Part shown: one piece after another, positions 38,335 to 49,965 of the stretch
How positions within the stretch are numbered: the first letter of the stretch is position 1
Layout: every line of letters begins with the position of its first letter
Assembly (NCBI RefSeq): GCF_035084215.1
Contig: NW_027139224.1
Location: 248,001 to 312,000 of the forward strand
DNA length: 64,000 nt
Direction of reading: 5' to 3'
Source: Heptranchias perlo
Lineage: Eukaryota
Program-made: the position numbers and the translations under genes
The notes under the pieces: generated by a model
Databases searched by the model: none
Seen by the model: only the letters and a program-made list of their open reading frames with translations
Told to the model about the DNA's origin: nothing

Positions 38335-38607
38335 AGAGGGAGAGGCGCCTGGGGTAACACACCCACTGACAGAGGGAGAGGGGCCTGGGGTAACACACCC
38401 ACTGACAGACTGAGGGAGAGGGGCCTGGGGTAACACACCCACTGACAGACTGAGGGAGAGGGGCCTGGGGTAACACACCCACTGACAGACTGAGGGAGAG
38501 GGGCCTGGGGTAACACACCCACTGACAGACTGAGGGAGAGGGACCTGGGGTAACACACCCACTGACAGACTGAGGGAGAGGGGCCTGGGGTAACACACCC
38601 CCTGACA
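38335..38607. repeat. 40-bp minisatellite, about 6.5 copies
   Basis: GGGCCTGGGGTAACACACCCACTGACAGACTGAGGGAGAG. Confidence 0.95.
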
Positions 38608-38639
38608 GGGGTATATATGGTTGATTATATTTGATTTAA

Positions 38640-38831
38640 TTTAATAAATTTAAAACAGAAATCGACAGTTTCCAAGAAGTAAAGGGAATTAGGGGTTACG
38701 GGGAGCGGGCAGGAAATTGGACATGAATTTAGATTTGAGGTTTGGATCAGATCAGCCATGATCTTATTGAATGGCGGAGCAGGCTCGAGGGGCCGATTGG
38801 CCTACTCCTGCTCCTATTTCTTATGTTCTTA
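38640..38831 (+). mobile_element. CR1 3' tail, nearly identical to 7087-7278
   Basis: Direct comparison shows about 2 differences. Confidence 0.9.
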
Positions 38832-39044
38832 TTACGTGACTAATTATCTTAAAATAACACGTACAATACACGGGTAAAAAGCAATCCATCAACTTTAAAT
38901 CTGTAAATTGACCCAATAGGTTGAAATTTCTGAGCTGAGTGTTGGAGGAAAGTGAATTACCATTTATGGGGATTCAGTTGGCACTGGAGATATATAAATA
39001 ACTGCTATATAATCATTAAATAGGGAAATAAATATAGAATAGAA

Positions 39045-39780
39045 ATGTCAGCATAGTCAGTGTGTTGGGACTGCAGTATGTGGGAGTTTGTGGACAGTGA
39101 GACTGTCCCGGATTGTCACACTACAGGAAATGTCTCTGCCTTGACTCACTCCGGCTCAGAGTCGTTGAGCTGGAGTGCGAGTTCGAGACTCTCTGACACA
39201 TGAGGGAGGGGGAGGAATATCGGGATAGTTTACTCCAGAACTCAGTCCCACCAAGTCGAGAGGTACAGGTACAGGAAGAGGAGAGTGTGACTGACAGTCA
39301 GCAGGGTTGGGGAATCTAGTGGAGGCAGGGAAGGAGGGGCCGCAGAGTCTGGTCCTGTCCAACAGGTACGATGTACTTGCTACCTGTGGGGATAAGGAGA
39401 AAGGCTGGGGGAGGGACAGTCACAATGTTCACCAAGGCACCATGGAGCAGGAGGCAGTCCAAGGGGGGAGGAGCAGAACAGAAAGGCTGGAGTTCGAGGG
39501 AGTCAGTTTAACGTTAGTTGTGGGGAAGCTACTCGAATCTGTCATTAGGGACAGAGTGAGTGAGCACTTGAACAAGTACGAGCTGATCGGAGAGAGCCAT
39601 GGATTTGTTAAGGGTGAATTGTCTGAATAATCTAGTTGAATATTTTGAGGAGCTCACTCATAATGTCGATAAGGGAGTGTCGATGGATGTTATTTCGATG
39701 GACTTCCAGAGGCATTCGATGAGGTTCCACACAAGAGACTGTTTGCAAAAATGAGAGCGCATGGAATTGGAGGCAGTCTT
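39045..39780 (+). mobile_element. Degenerate CR1 ORF1 (Zn finger/leucine zipper) joined to an ORF2 fragment
   Basis: C.DCSMWE..KC..LRLRVVELE, LSNRYDVLA, then SLTLVVGKLLES. Confidence 0.6.
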
Positions 39781-39782
39781 TT

Positions 39783-40520
39783 AGGAGCATAGGAACAGGA
39801 GGAGGCCATTCAGCCCCTCGAGCCTGTTCCATCATTCAATCATGGCTGATCTGTATCTTAACTCCATCTCCCGCCTTGGTTCCATAACCCTTAATACCCG
39901 TGTCCAACAAAAATCGATCAATCTCAGTTTTGTAATTTTCAATTGACCCCCAGTCTCAACAGCTTTTTGGGGGAGAGAGTTCCAGATTTCCACTCCCCTT
40001 TGTGTGAAGAAATGCTTCCTGACATCACCCTGAACGGCCGAGCTCTAATTTAAAGGTTATGCCCCCTTGTTCTGGACTCTCCCACCAGAGGAAATAGTTT
40101 CTCTCTATCTACCCTATCAAATCCTTTAATCATTTTAAACACCTCAATTAGATCACCCCTTAATCTTCTAAACTCGAGGGAATACAAGCCTAGTCTGTAC
40201 AACCTGTCTTCGTAATTTAACCCTTTAAACCCCGGGATCATTCTGGTGAATCTGGGCTGCACTCCCTCCAAGGCCAATCTATCCTTCCTGAGGTGCGGTG
40301 CCCAGAACTGAACACAGTCTCCAGATGTGGGCTGACCAGAGCTCTGTACAGCTGGAACATAACTTCCTCCCCTTTGTATTCCAGTCCCCGAGATAAAGAC
40401 CAACGTTCCATTAGCCTTTTTAATTATTTTCCGTACCTGTCTACGACCTTTTAGTGATTTCTGTACTTAGACCCCTAAATCTCTCTGCTCACCCAGTTCC
40501 CAGCTTCTCACCATTTAGAC
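39783..40520 (-). mobile_element. CR1 3' fragment
   Basis: CVQFWAPHLRK, RRLRGDLIEVFK; CR1 tail. Confidence 0.88.
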
Positions 40521-41575
40521 CTGGGTTGAACATTGGCTGGGAGGTTGGAGACAGAGAGTGGGGAGAAAGGGGATGTCCTCTGATTGGCAGGATGTGACCA
40601 GTGGTGTCCCCCAGGGATCTGTACTGGTCATGACTTGGATGAAGAATAGAGAGCTGGATATCCAAGTTTACTGACGACACTAAATTAGGAGGGACAGGAA
40701 ATAGTGTAGACGGGAGCAGGGAGTTGTGAAGGGACAGAGACAGATTAAGTGAGTGGGCAAAACTGTGGCAAATGGAGTTCAATGTGGGAAAGTGTGAGGT
40801 CATCGACTTTAGACCTAAGAAAGATAAATCAGAGTATTTTCTACACGGTGAGAAACTAGGAACTGGAGAGGAACAGAGAGATTTGGGAGTCCAAGTACAG
40901 AAATCATTAAAAGCCAGTGGAGACACAAAAAGGATTGGGAAAGGCTAATGGAACGTTGGCCTTTATCTCGGGGGCTGGAATACAAAGGGGAGGAAGTTAT
41001 GTTCCAGCTGCGCAGAGCTCTGGTCAGACCACATCTGGAGACTGTGTTCAGTTCTGGGCACCGCACCTCAGGAAGGATAGATTGGCCTTGGAGGGGGTGC
41101 AGCCCAGATTCACCAGAATGATCCCGGGGCTGAAAGGGTTAAATTACGAGGACAGGTTGTACAGACGAGGCTTGTATTCCCTCGAGTTCAGAAGATTGAG
41201 GGGTGATCTGATCGAGGGTGTTTAAAATGTTAAAAGGATTTGATAGGGTAGATACGGAGAAACAACTTCGTCCAGTCGGGGAGACAAGAACAAGAGGACG
41301 GAATCTTCAAATTCGAGCCAGGCCGTTCAGGGGTGAAACCAGGAAGCATTTCTTCACACAAAGGGTGGTGGGAATCTGGAACTCTCTCCCCCAAAAGGCT
41401 GAGCATTCTGGGGGTTCATTGGAGCTTTCAAAACTGAGATTGATCGATTTTTGTTGGGTCAGGACATCAAGGGATATGGAGCAAAGGGGGAAAATGGAGT
41501 TGTGGTTCAGATCAGCCTTGATCTAATTGAATGGAGGAACAGGCTCGAGGGGCTGAATGGCCTGCGATGTTCCTC
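40520..41575 (+). mobile_element. CR1 3' fragment
   Basis: GVPQGSV, KFTDD, CVQFWAPHLRK; CR1 tail. Confidence 0.88.
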
Positions 41576-41668
41576 TCTCCACTCCCACTCTCTAGCCCTG
41601 TGCCCCTGCCGTCTCTCTCTCTCTCTCCATCTCCCCGCTCCCCAACCCCGCACCCCGGTCTCTCAATG

Positions 41669-42042
41669 TCCCAATACCCAGCCTGGCACTGAGCCCATCT
41701 CAGACCCCATTACCCACTGACCGAGGGTTAATGCCCCAATACCCAGCCAGGCACTGAGTCCCTCTCAGCCCCCATTACCCACTGACCGAGGGTTAATGCC
41801 CCAATACCCAGCCTGGCACTGAGCCCCTCTCAGACGCCATTACCCACTGACCGAGGGTTAATGCCCCAATACCCAGCCTGGCACTGAGCCCCTCTCAGAC
41901 GCCATTACCCACTGACCGAGGGTTAATGCCCCAATACCCAGCCTGGCACTGAGCCCCTCTCAGACCCCATTACCCACTGACCGAGGGTTAATGCCCCAAT
42001 ACCCAGCCTGGCACTGAGCCCCTCTCAGACCCCATTACTCAC
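41669..42042. repeat. 65-bp minisatellite starting at the proximal exon 1 donor, about 5.8 copies
   Basis: ACTGACCGAGGGTTAATGCCCCAATACCCAGCCTGGCACTGAGCCCCTCTCAGACCCCATTACCC. Confidence 0.96.
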
Positions 42043-42091
42043 CTGCAGAGACCCCTCCACACAGAACGACCAGAACTATCAGTCCAATCAT
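42043..42091 (-). CDS. MHC class I heavy chain exon 1, signal peptide MIGLIVLVVLCGGVSA (proximal copy)
   Basis: GCAATG start, hydrophobic leader ending VSA, G|GTGAGT donor; phase 1 joins GC to give mature GSHS. Confidence 0.9.
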
Positions 42092-42156
42092 TGCTGCTTC
42101 CCTCGACAGGCTGGGATGAGCAGTTTGTGGGAAATCCTTTTCAAGGAGACGGTCTC

Positions 42157-43710
42157 CTCTGTCCCTGTGCTAACACTGTACCTCCTGGTCTCTCCCTCCC
42201 TCTGTCCCTGTGCTAACACTGTACCTCCTGGTCTCTCCCTCTCTCTGTCCCTGTGCTCACACTGTACCTCCTGGTCTCTCCCTCCCTCTGTCCCTGTGCG
42301 AACACTGTACCTCCTGGTCTCTCCCTCTCTCTGTCCCTGTGCTAACACTGTACCTCCTGGTCTCTCCCTCTCTCTGTCCCTGTGCTAACACTGTACCTCC
42401 TGGTCTCTCCCTCTCTCTGTCCCTGTGCTAACACTGTACCTCCTGGTCTCTCCCTCTCTCTGTCCCTGTGCTAACACTGTACCTCCTGGTCTCTCCCTCT
42501 CTCTGTCCCTGTGCTAACACTGTACCTCCTGGTCTCTCCCTCTCTCTGTCCCTGTGCGAACACTGTACCTCCTGGTCTCTCCCTCTCTCTGTCCCTGTGC
42601 TAACACTGTACCTCCTGGTCTCGCCCTCTCTCTGTCCCTGTGCTAACACTGTACCTCCTGGTCTCTCCCTCTCTCTGTCCCTGTGCTAACACTGTACCTC
42701 CTGGTCTCTCCCTCTCTCTGTCCCTGTGCTAACACTGTACCTCCTGGTCTCGCCCTCTCTCTGTCCCTGTGCTAACACTGTACCTCCTGGTCTCTCCCTC
42801 TCTCTGTCCCTGTGCTAACACTGTACCTCCTGGTCTCTCCCTCTCTCTGTCCCTGTGCTAACACTGTACCTCCTGGTCTCTCCCTCTCTCTGTCCCTGTG
42901 CGAACACTGTACCTCCTGGTCTCTCCCTCTCTCTGTCCCTGTGCTAACACTGTACCTCCTGGTCTCTCCCTCCCTCTGTCCCTGTGCTAACACTGTACCT
43001 CCTGGTCCCTCCCTCTCTCTGTCCCTGTGCTAACACTGTACCTCCTGGTCCCTCCCTCTCTCTGTCCCTGTGCTAACACTGTACCTCCTGGTCTCTCCCT
43101 CTCTCTGTCCCTGTGCGAACACTGTACCTCCTGGTCTCTCCCTCTCTCTGTCCCTGTGCTAACACTGTACCTCCTGGTCTCGCCCTCTCTCTGTCCCTGT
43201 GCTAACACTGTACCTCCTGGTCTCTCCCTCTCTCTGTCCCTGTGCTAACACTGTACCTCCTGGTCTCTCCCTCTCTCTGTCCCTGTGCTAACACTGTACC
43301 TCCTGGTCTCTCCCTCTCTCTGTCCCTGTGCGAACACTGTACCTCCTGGTCTCGCCCTCTCTCTGTCCCTGTGCTAACACTGTACCTCCTGGTCTCGCCC
43401 TCTCTCTGTCCCTGTGCTAACACTGTACCTCCTGGTCTCTCTCCCTCTCTCTGTCCCTGTGCTAACACCGTACCTCTTGGTCTCTCCCTCTCTCTCTGTC
43501 CCTGTGCTAACGCTGTACCTCCTGGTCCCTCCCTCTCTCTGTCCCTGTGCTAACACTGTACCTCCTGGTCCCTCCCTCTCTCTGTCCCTGTGCGAACACT
43601 GTACCTCCTGGTCTCTCCCTCCCTCTGTCCCTGTGCTAACACTGTACCTCCTGGTCTCTCCCTCTCTCTGTCCCTGTGCTAACACTGTACCTCCTGGTCT
43701 CTCCCTCTCT
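42157..43710. repeat. 43-bp minisatellite, about 36 copies, between the proximal ATG and its promoter
   Basis: CTCTGTCCCTGTGCTAACACTGTACCTCCTGGTCTCTCCCTCT. Confidence 0.98.
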
Positions 43711-43769
43711 CCCTCTCTCTCAGTCACTCAGTCACCTCCATGTTGTTTGCTTCGACAGTCAGTTTGTGC

Positions 43770-43962
43770 CCAATCAGAATGAAAGCAGCCTGTGAATCAG
43801 CAAACTCCAGGCAGAGGAGTCCCAGAGAGTTTGTGTCGGTGTAAAAATAAACTGTCCAAATATCCTGAACCGTCCAATCAGAGAAATACTGCTCGTTACA
43901 TGTTCAGTTGCCAGGGAGAATGAACTGAACAGGATTTGATCATTAAACAAGGAACTGAAAGT
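43770..43962 (-). promoter_or_regulatory. MHC class I promoter module, proximal copy (ISRE-like, X1, altered X2, Y box)
   Basis: Minus strand: ACTTTCAGTTCC (43951-62), CCTGGCAAC (43907-15), TAACG (43894-98), CTGATTGG (43874-81), second ATTGG at 43770; order matches ISRE-X-Y. Confidence 0.65.
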
Positions 43963-43989
43963 AGTTTGTTGCAGAAAGTGACAGAGAGA

Positions 43990-45433
43990 AGAACATAGGA
44001 ACAGGAGGAGGCCATTCAGCCCCTCGAGCCTGCTCCCCCATTCAATCAGATCATGGCTGATCTGTACCTCATCTCCATTTTCCCGCTTTGCTCCGTGTCC
44101 CTTGATCCCGTTCCCCAACAAAACTCTGATCAATCGCAGTCTTAAAAGCTCCAATTGTCCCGACATCCACAACCTTTTGGGGGAGAGAGTTCCAGATTTC
44201 CACTTCCCTTTGTGTGAAAATGGGATTCCTGATTTCCCTCCTAAATGACCTCACTCTAATTTTAAGATTATGTCCCCTCGTTCTTGACTCCCCCACCAGA
44301 GGAAATAGTTTCTCCGTCTCACCCTATCGAATCCTGTGAACATTATAAACCCCTCAATCAGATCACCCCTCAACCTTCGATACTCAAGGGAATACAAGAC
44401 AAGTTTCTCCACCCTCCCTTTAAACCCCGGGATCATTCTGGTGAATCTGCACTGCACCCCCTCCAAGGCCAATCTATCCTTCCTGAGGTGCGGTGCCCAG
44501 AACTGAACACAGTCTCCAGATGGGGTCTGACCAGGACTCTGTACAACTGAATCATAACTTCCTCCCCTTTGTAATCCAGCCCCCTCGAGATAAAGGCCAA
44601 CATTCCATTAGACAGACTGGTGAAATGGGCAGACACACGGCAGATCAAATTTAACACAGAGAAGTGTGGAGTGATGGATTTTGGAAGGAAGAATGAGGAG
44701 AGGCGATAGAAAGTAAATGGTACAATTTTAAAGGGGGTGCAGGAACAGAGAGACCTGGGGGTGTATGTACACAAATCATTGAAAGTGGCAGTTGAGAAGG
44801 CTGTTAAAAAAGCACACGGGATCCTGGGCTTTATAAATAGAGGAAGTTATGCTAAACCTTTATAAACACTGGTTCGGCCTCAGCTGGAGTATTTTGTCCA
44901 ATTCTGGGCACCACACTTTAGGAAGGATGTGAAGGCCTCAGAGAGGGTGCAGAGGAGATTTACTGGAATGGTTCCAGGGATGAGGGACTTCAGTTATGTG
45001 GAGAGACTGGAGAAGCTGGGATTGTTCTCCTTAGAGCAGAGAAGGTTAAGGGGAGATTTAATAGAGGTGTTCAAAATCATGAAGGGTTTTGATAGAGTAA
45101 ATAAGGAGAAACTGTTTCCAGTGGCAGGAGGGTCAGCAACCAGAGGACACAGATTTAAGGTAATTGGCAAAAGAGCCAGAGGGGAGATGAGGAGAAATAT
45201 TTTCGTGCAGCGAGTTGTTCTGATCTGGAATTCACTGCCTGAAAGGGCGGTGGGAGCAGATTCAATAATAACTTTCAAAAGGGAATTGGATAAATATTTG
45301 AAAGGGAAAACTTTGCAGGGCTATGGGGAAAAGGCAGAGGAGTGGGACTAATTGGAGAGCTCTTTCAAAGAGCTGGCACAGGCACGATGGGCCGAATGGC
45401 CTCCTCCTGTGCTGTCCGATTCTATGATTCTAT
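43990..45433. mobile_element. Head-to-head CR1 3' fragments (minus 43990-44610; plus 44610-45433 with ATTCTATG tail)
   Basis: CR1 C-terminal motifs on both strands; duplicated at 51403-54558. Confidence 0.88.
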
Positions 45434-45775
45434 TGAGGGTCACATTCACTAAACTTTCACCTTTCAAATAAAATGTCCACTTTTCCTCACAGTGCTGAAC
45501 CTCTCTGATTTCAATCTCTTCCTTTCCTGTTACTTTCGGTTCAATCTCCCATTTTTAATCAATATTTATTTTCTGCCACTTTTGCTCCCCTTCTCCTGTT
45601 GTGGCATCAAACGTTGCACGAAAGCACCTGGAGCAAGGAGTCATGAGAGAGGGGAATCAGCAATCGGAACGGTCTCAGATTGCCCGGTACTGGGAGATGG
45701 GCCTGGAATCACTGCTCCATTTACTCTACACCTTCCTCTCTCCAACTCTCAGCTTTGATGGATTTGTGCTGCACA

Positions 45776-48700
45776 TGAAGGGATTCGCAAAATTTCACAT
45801 GTTCCCCCCCACCGAAGATTTATTGGAGTTATTAAAGAAACCCTGGTGTGACTGTGTTTTAAAAAATCCAGGGTCTTTCAAAATGGCTGCGGTCAGACAC
45901 ATGTCCAAGGGCCTGCAGCATTCGAAATTGGATTCTCTGACAGCTTGGCAGGCTCCGTGTTTCAGACAGGTTTCTTTGAACAATGCAGATGCATTCACGC
46001 CCTGAGGCAAGCCATCAACGTTGCTGGCCTACACATCAAAATTCGAGCAGGAGTAATCCCAGGACTAAGGTGACCCATTAAGGAACATTCGGAACAATGA
46101 CAAGCAGTTATGGAACAGATCAGTACAGGTACCAGCCTGCGATCTTTTATGACCAGCCAGGGAAAAATAGCAGCCACTGTGTGGTAGCTCCCTCAGCCCC
46201 CCCGATGATGCCATGAAATGACTAGAGCCCACACAGCCTGTCTACCTGTGTGCTCTCAGGTATGATGGATGGAAGAGACCGCTCGTGCAGACGGAGGTAG
46301 AGAAGGTTAAAGGGACTTATCTGCTGGATACGGGGGCATCATGCACCGTGATCCACGCAGCTAATCCCACCACCTCACCTCTGTCCAGCAGAGTTCCATA
46401 CGTTCTATCGGGGATCACCGGCAAGGAACAGGCGGGAACATTCTCCAAGCCGCTCTCAATCCGCCTGGGCCCACTCCAAACCAAGTGGACGTGTGTCCTG
46501 GCGAGGTGGGAAGCGGAGGGGGGAAAGGGGATCCTAGGGACCGACTTCATCGTGGGCCACGGGATCCTCGTGGATCTCCGCAACCACTGCCTTTGTGGAG
46601 CCGAGACGGGTGAGGAGAATGGCGTGTTCGTTATCACAGGAAAAGAAGGGAAGGGAACCCTGTGTACTGTGAAGCCGAAAGGAGGTTACGACCTCGGGCT
46701 CATGATGGAGGGTGTCCCGGAGGAATTTAAAGCATTCGTACAGGCTCACCGAGCTGCGTTCGCCACGCACAAACACGACTGCGGGAGGGTCACCGGGTTT
46801 GAGGTCAGGGTAGACGGGGACCCCATGGCCCAGCCCCAGAAGCAGTATAACTTTCCTAGAGAAGCAGAGCCCGATATGGAGATGGCCATATCCTCGTTGG
46901 TGCAGCAGGGAGTGCTGAGGCCCAGAGCCACCCATGTTAATTCTCCGCTTTGGCCGGTCAAGAAACCGGACAATTCGTGGAGAGCCACGGTGGACTATCG
47001 GGTGCTCAACAGCAATATCCCAGCGTGTGCCCCCACAGTGGCAGCAGTTGCCGACCTCATCGGAAGCATTCCAGCATCCGCGACTACGTTCACGGTGCTG
47101 GATATTTCGAATGGGTTTTGGTCGATCCCCTTGAGGAGGGAAGACCAGTATAAGTTCGCTTTTACTTTTAAAGGGCAACAGTATACTTGGAACTGTTTGC
47201 CACAAGGTTTTCATAACAGCCCCAACATCTTTCACCAGTGCATGGCAAGTAGTTTAAAGGAATTTAGCCAGCCCAGGCAATTGGTGCAGTGTGTAGACGA
47301 CCTGCTCTTGTTTACTGACTCAGTCGGGGAGCATGGTCCGCTACTGGCCGAATTGCTGGAGCTGCTGCAGAGTAAAGGTTTTAAAGTGAACCCAAAGAAA
47401 GCGCAGATCGGCCAGCAGGAGGTGAAATTCCTGGGCTTGACCGTCCGCGCAGGGGAACGAGCCATAGACAAGGCTCGGAGGGAAGCGGTCCAAGAGCTAC
47501 TGGTCCCCAGTACTGTGAGGGGTGTGAGGTCGTTCTTGGGACTAACGGGCTACTGCAGAGATTTTATTGAGGATTATGCGGCCACGGCAGCCCCTCTGCT
47601 CCAACTCCTACACAAGGGAGTGGAGTGGTCTTGGGATGAGGGGTGCCAGGCAGCATTTGTCCAGCTCAAGAGGGACCTGCAGACCGCACCAGCTCTGGGA
47701 GCGATAGATAGAGGGAGAGAGTTCTTTCTGGAGGTAGCGGCCAGCGGGGATAGTCTCAGTGCTGTGCTGCTCCAGGAACGGCACGGCAGGCTAAGACCCG
47801 TGGTCTACTCCTCCAGAGTACTCACTGACATGGAAAAGAACGACTCAATTTGCGAGCGGCACCTTTTGGCCACGTACTGGGCCGTGAAAAGATCCTCGAT
47901 CTTCACAGGCACCTCTCCTATCACCCTCCTCATACATCACACGCCCACCCAGATGCTTCTGGATGGGAGGATCAAAGATGGGACAGTCAGCAGTGCCCGC
48001 ATTGTGCGCTGGACCCTCCTCCTTTCCCAGATGGATCTGAGGGTGAGGGGCCTTTGCGAGCCGAAGCTCGGGGCTAACATGGTATATCCTGGAACGGCCC
48101 ATCAGTGTCCCATAGAAGGGGTTTGGGAGGTGAACATTGGTCTACGGGCCGGGATACATCCCACAGGCCGCGAGATCTATGTAGACGGTTCCAGCATGGT
48201 ATCCGCCGGTGAAAGTCTCACGGGATGTGGAGTTTATGACCCAGTGGCAAACCTTGCCCTGGCAATCAAGCTCCCCAGCACCATGAGCGCCCAGCAGGCT
48301 GAACTGTCCGCAGTAGTGTACGTGGTTACCCGCCCCGAAATCTTCCCCACCCCATACACGATTTGCTCGGACAGTATGTTCACTTGCAACTCGTGCACGG
48401 AATACCTGTCAATCTGGTCCCGTCGCGGATATACCTCCGCCGACGGGAAACCCTTAACAGTAAAACCCCTGCTGGAGAAAATCCTGGCAGCCGTGGGGGA
48501 GGAAGGCGAGGTCTTCATCCACAAAGTGAAGGCCCACTCCTCCACAGAACCCCGCAGCCAGGGCAACCAGCAGGCCGACACGCTGGCCAAGGAGGGTGCC
48601 CGCACCGGCATTTTCTGGGACCCCTATGGGTCCGGGCCCGTGGCGGCAGTTAGAGGCAGGGGTGGGACCCAGAGGAGCTGAGGGGTAGCATTAGCCCCGG

Positions 48701-49965
48701 ATCTTAAAACAGTCCAAGCCCAGGACCCTGTCCTGAAAACCATCACTAGAGCAGTGAGCGAGGGTAGGAGGATAGAAGGCCCTTACGGCGGGGCAGCCCT
48801 CTCTATAAGAGAGGGCATGCTGTTCAGGGAAGGACAGTGGGTAGTACCCCAGCAGCACCGGAGGGAGTTCCTTCAACTGGCCCATGAAGGGCCGGGAGCA
48901 GGACACCCCGGGCCTGAGGCCACCTGGGAGAATTACTGCTTCAGACATGTCTCTGTTTTAATGCAAAACCTACAGCAGGTGGTCAACACTCAGCACTAAT
49001 TCAAAAGGCAGTCGGCCATTGAAAGAGGTAACTGCTGCAGACATGGTGGGGCCATGCCTCTGTTTTAAAGCAAAACCGATCAACACCGAGGACGTTGGAT
49101 ACAAAGGGAAGCCTGTATACCAGGTGATCACAAATCGGAATTAACAATGACCCATCGGGAGAAGCAATTGCAACATGATGAGGGACCATCAGAAAGTCAT
49201 CAAAGATTCTTAAGGACTTTGTAAGAACTGTTTAAAGAGACAAAGTGTTTTTTTTAAAGTGACGAAGTCCATTTGGAAGAGAGGGATAAAAAGTGGAAAC
49301 TCGAAACCTCTCTCTCTCTCTCTCTCTCTCTCTGGCTCTTGCTGGCTGTTGTGTTCTGTTTGTCTCGGGAAGGAATAGCAGCTTCCAGCGAACAACAAGG
49401 AAAGCAGTTCGACAGGGAAGGTCAGCAGCTCTAGAAGCAGGCCGACACACAAGAAGAAACCAGAGCAACAGCCCCAGTGACCATCAGACACCTCGCGGCA
49501 ACAAGGGCCTTACAAAACAACCAACCGAATATTCCCACCAACCAACCGGGTAATATCGGGCCACCGCGACCAAAGAAAACCAACTCGGGAGAAAACCGAA
49601 GATCCGCAAAGTTTCCACTCTACAATCTGTTCCTGACTTACCTCTGGGTGAATTAATGTCAAGGATTCGTTTGGTGAGCATTATCTCTGGTCCTTTAGAG
49701 TCCAACTTAGCTAGTCTAGTGGGATTGGGAGGGGTGAGGTATCTTTCTACTGTAATTTCCCTCGTGTGTACCGAAGTGTTCCCCATTTTATTAGAGTGTT
49801 AAGATTGTTGTGTTGTATTTCCTCTCTTGAATAAAGGTCAAAGTTTCTTGCACCAAAACCAGTTGTCTGCTGCACTTTGTCCAAGGTCGAGAACCCAGGT
49901 AATGGGAGAGATTCGGACCGCTCAGAAGTCAGAGGTGAAGCTGACACACACCACCACCCCCTACA
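45776..49965 (+). mobile_element. LTR-like element (probable solo or recombinant ERV LTR) enclosing a pol fragment, at the duplication junction
   Basis: TGAAGGG...CCCTACA termini; TATA-like GGATAAAA at about 49284 followed by a CT tract; AATAAA at about 49830; flanks GCACA/AGCCT do not form a TSD. Confidence 0.6.
46285..48930 (+). pseudogene. Retrovirus-like pol fragment: protease, RT, degenerate RNase H (tether), RNase H and the start of integrase
   Basis: LLDTGAS; LDISNGFWSIP; QYTWNCLPQGFHNSP; CVDD; FFLEVAAS; IYVDGS..SAQQAEL..SDS..KVKAH..GNQQAD; AHEG..GHPG; 798-codon open frame, then a frameshift and truncation. Confidence 0.9.

Noticed and set aside
24139-42091. Assigning the gene symbol UAA or a species
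   Set aside because: The protein is UAA-like, but lineage, classical status and species require phylogeny, polymorphism and linkage data not available here.
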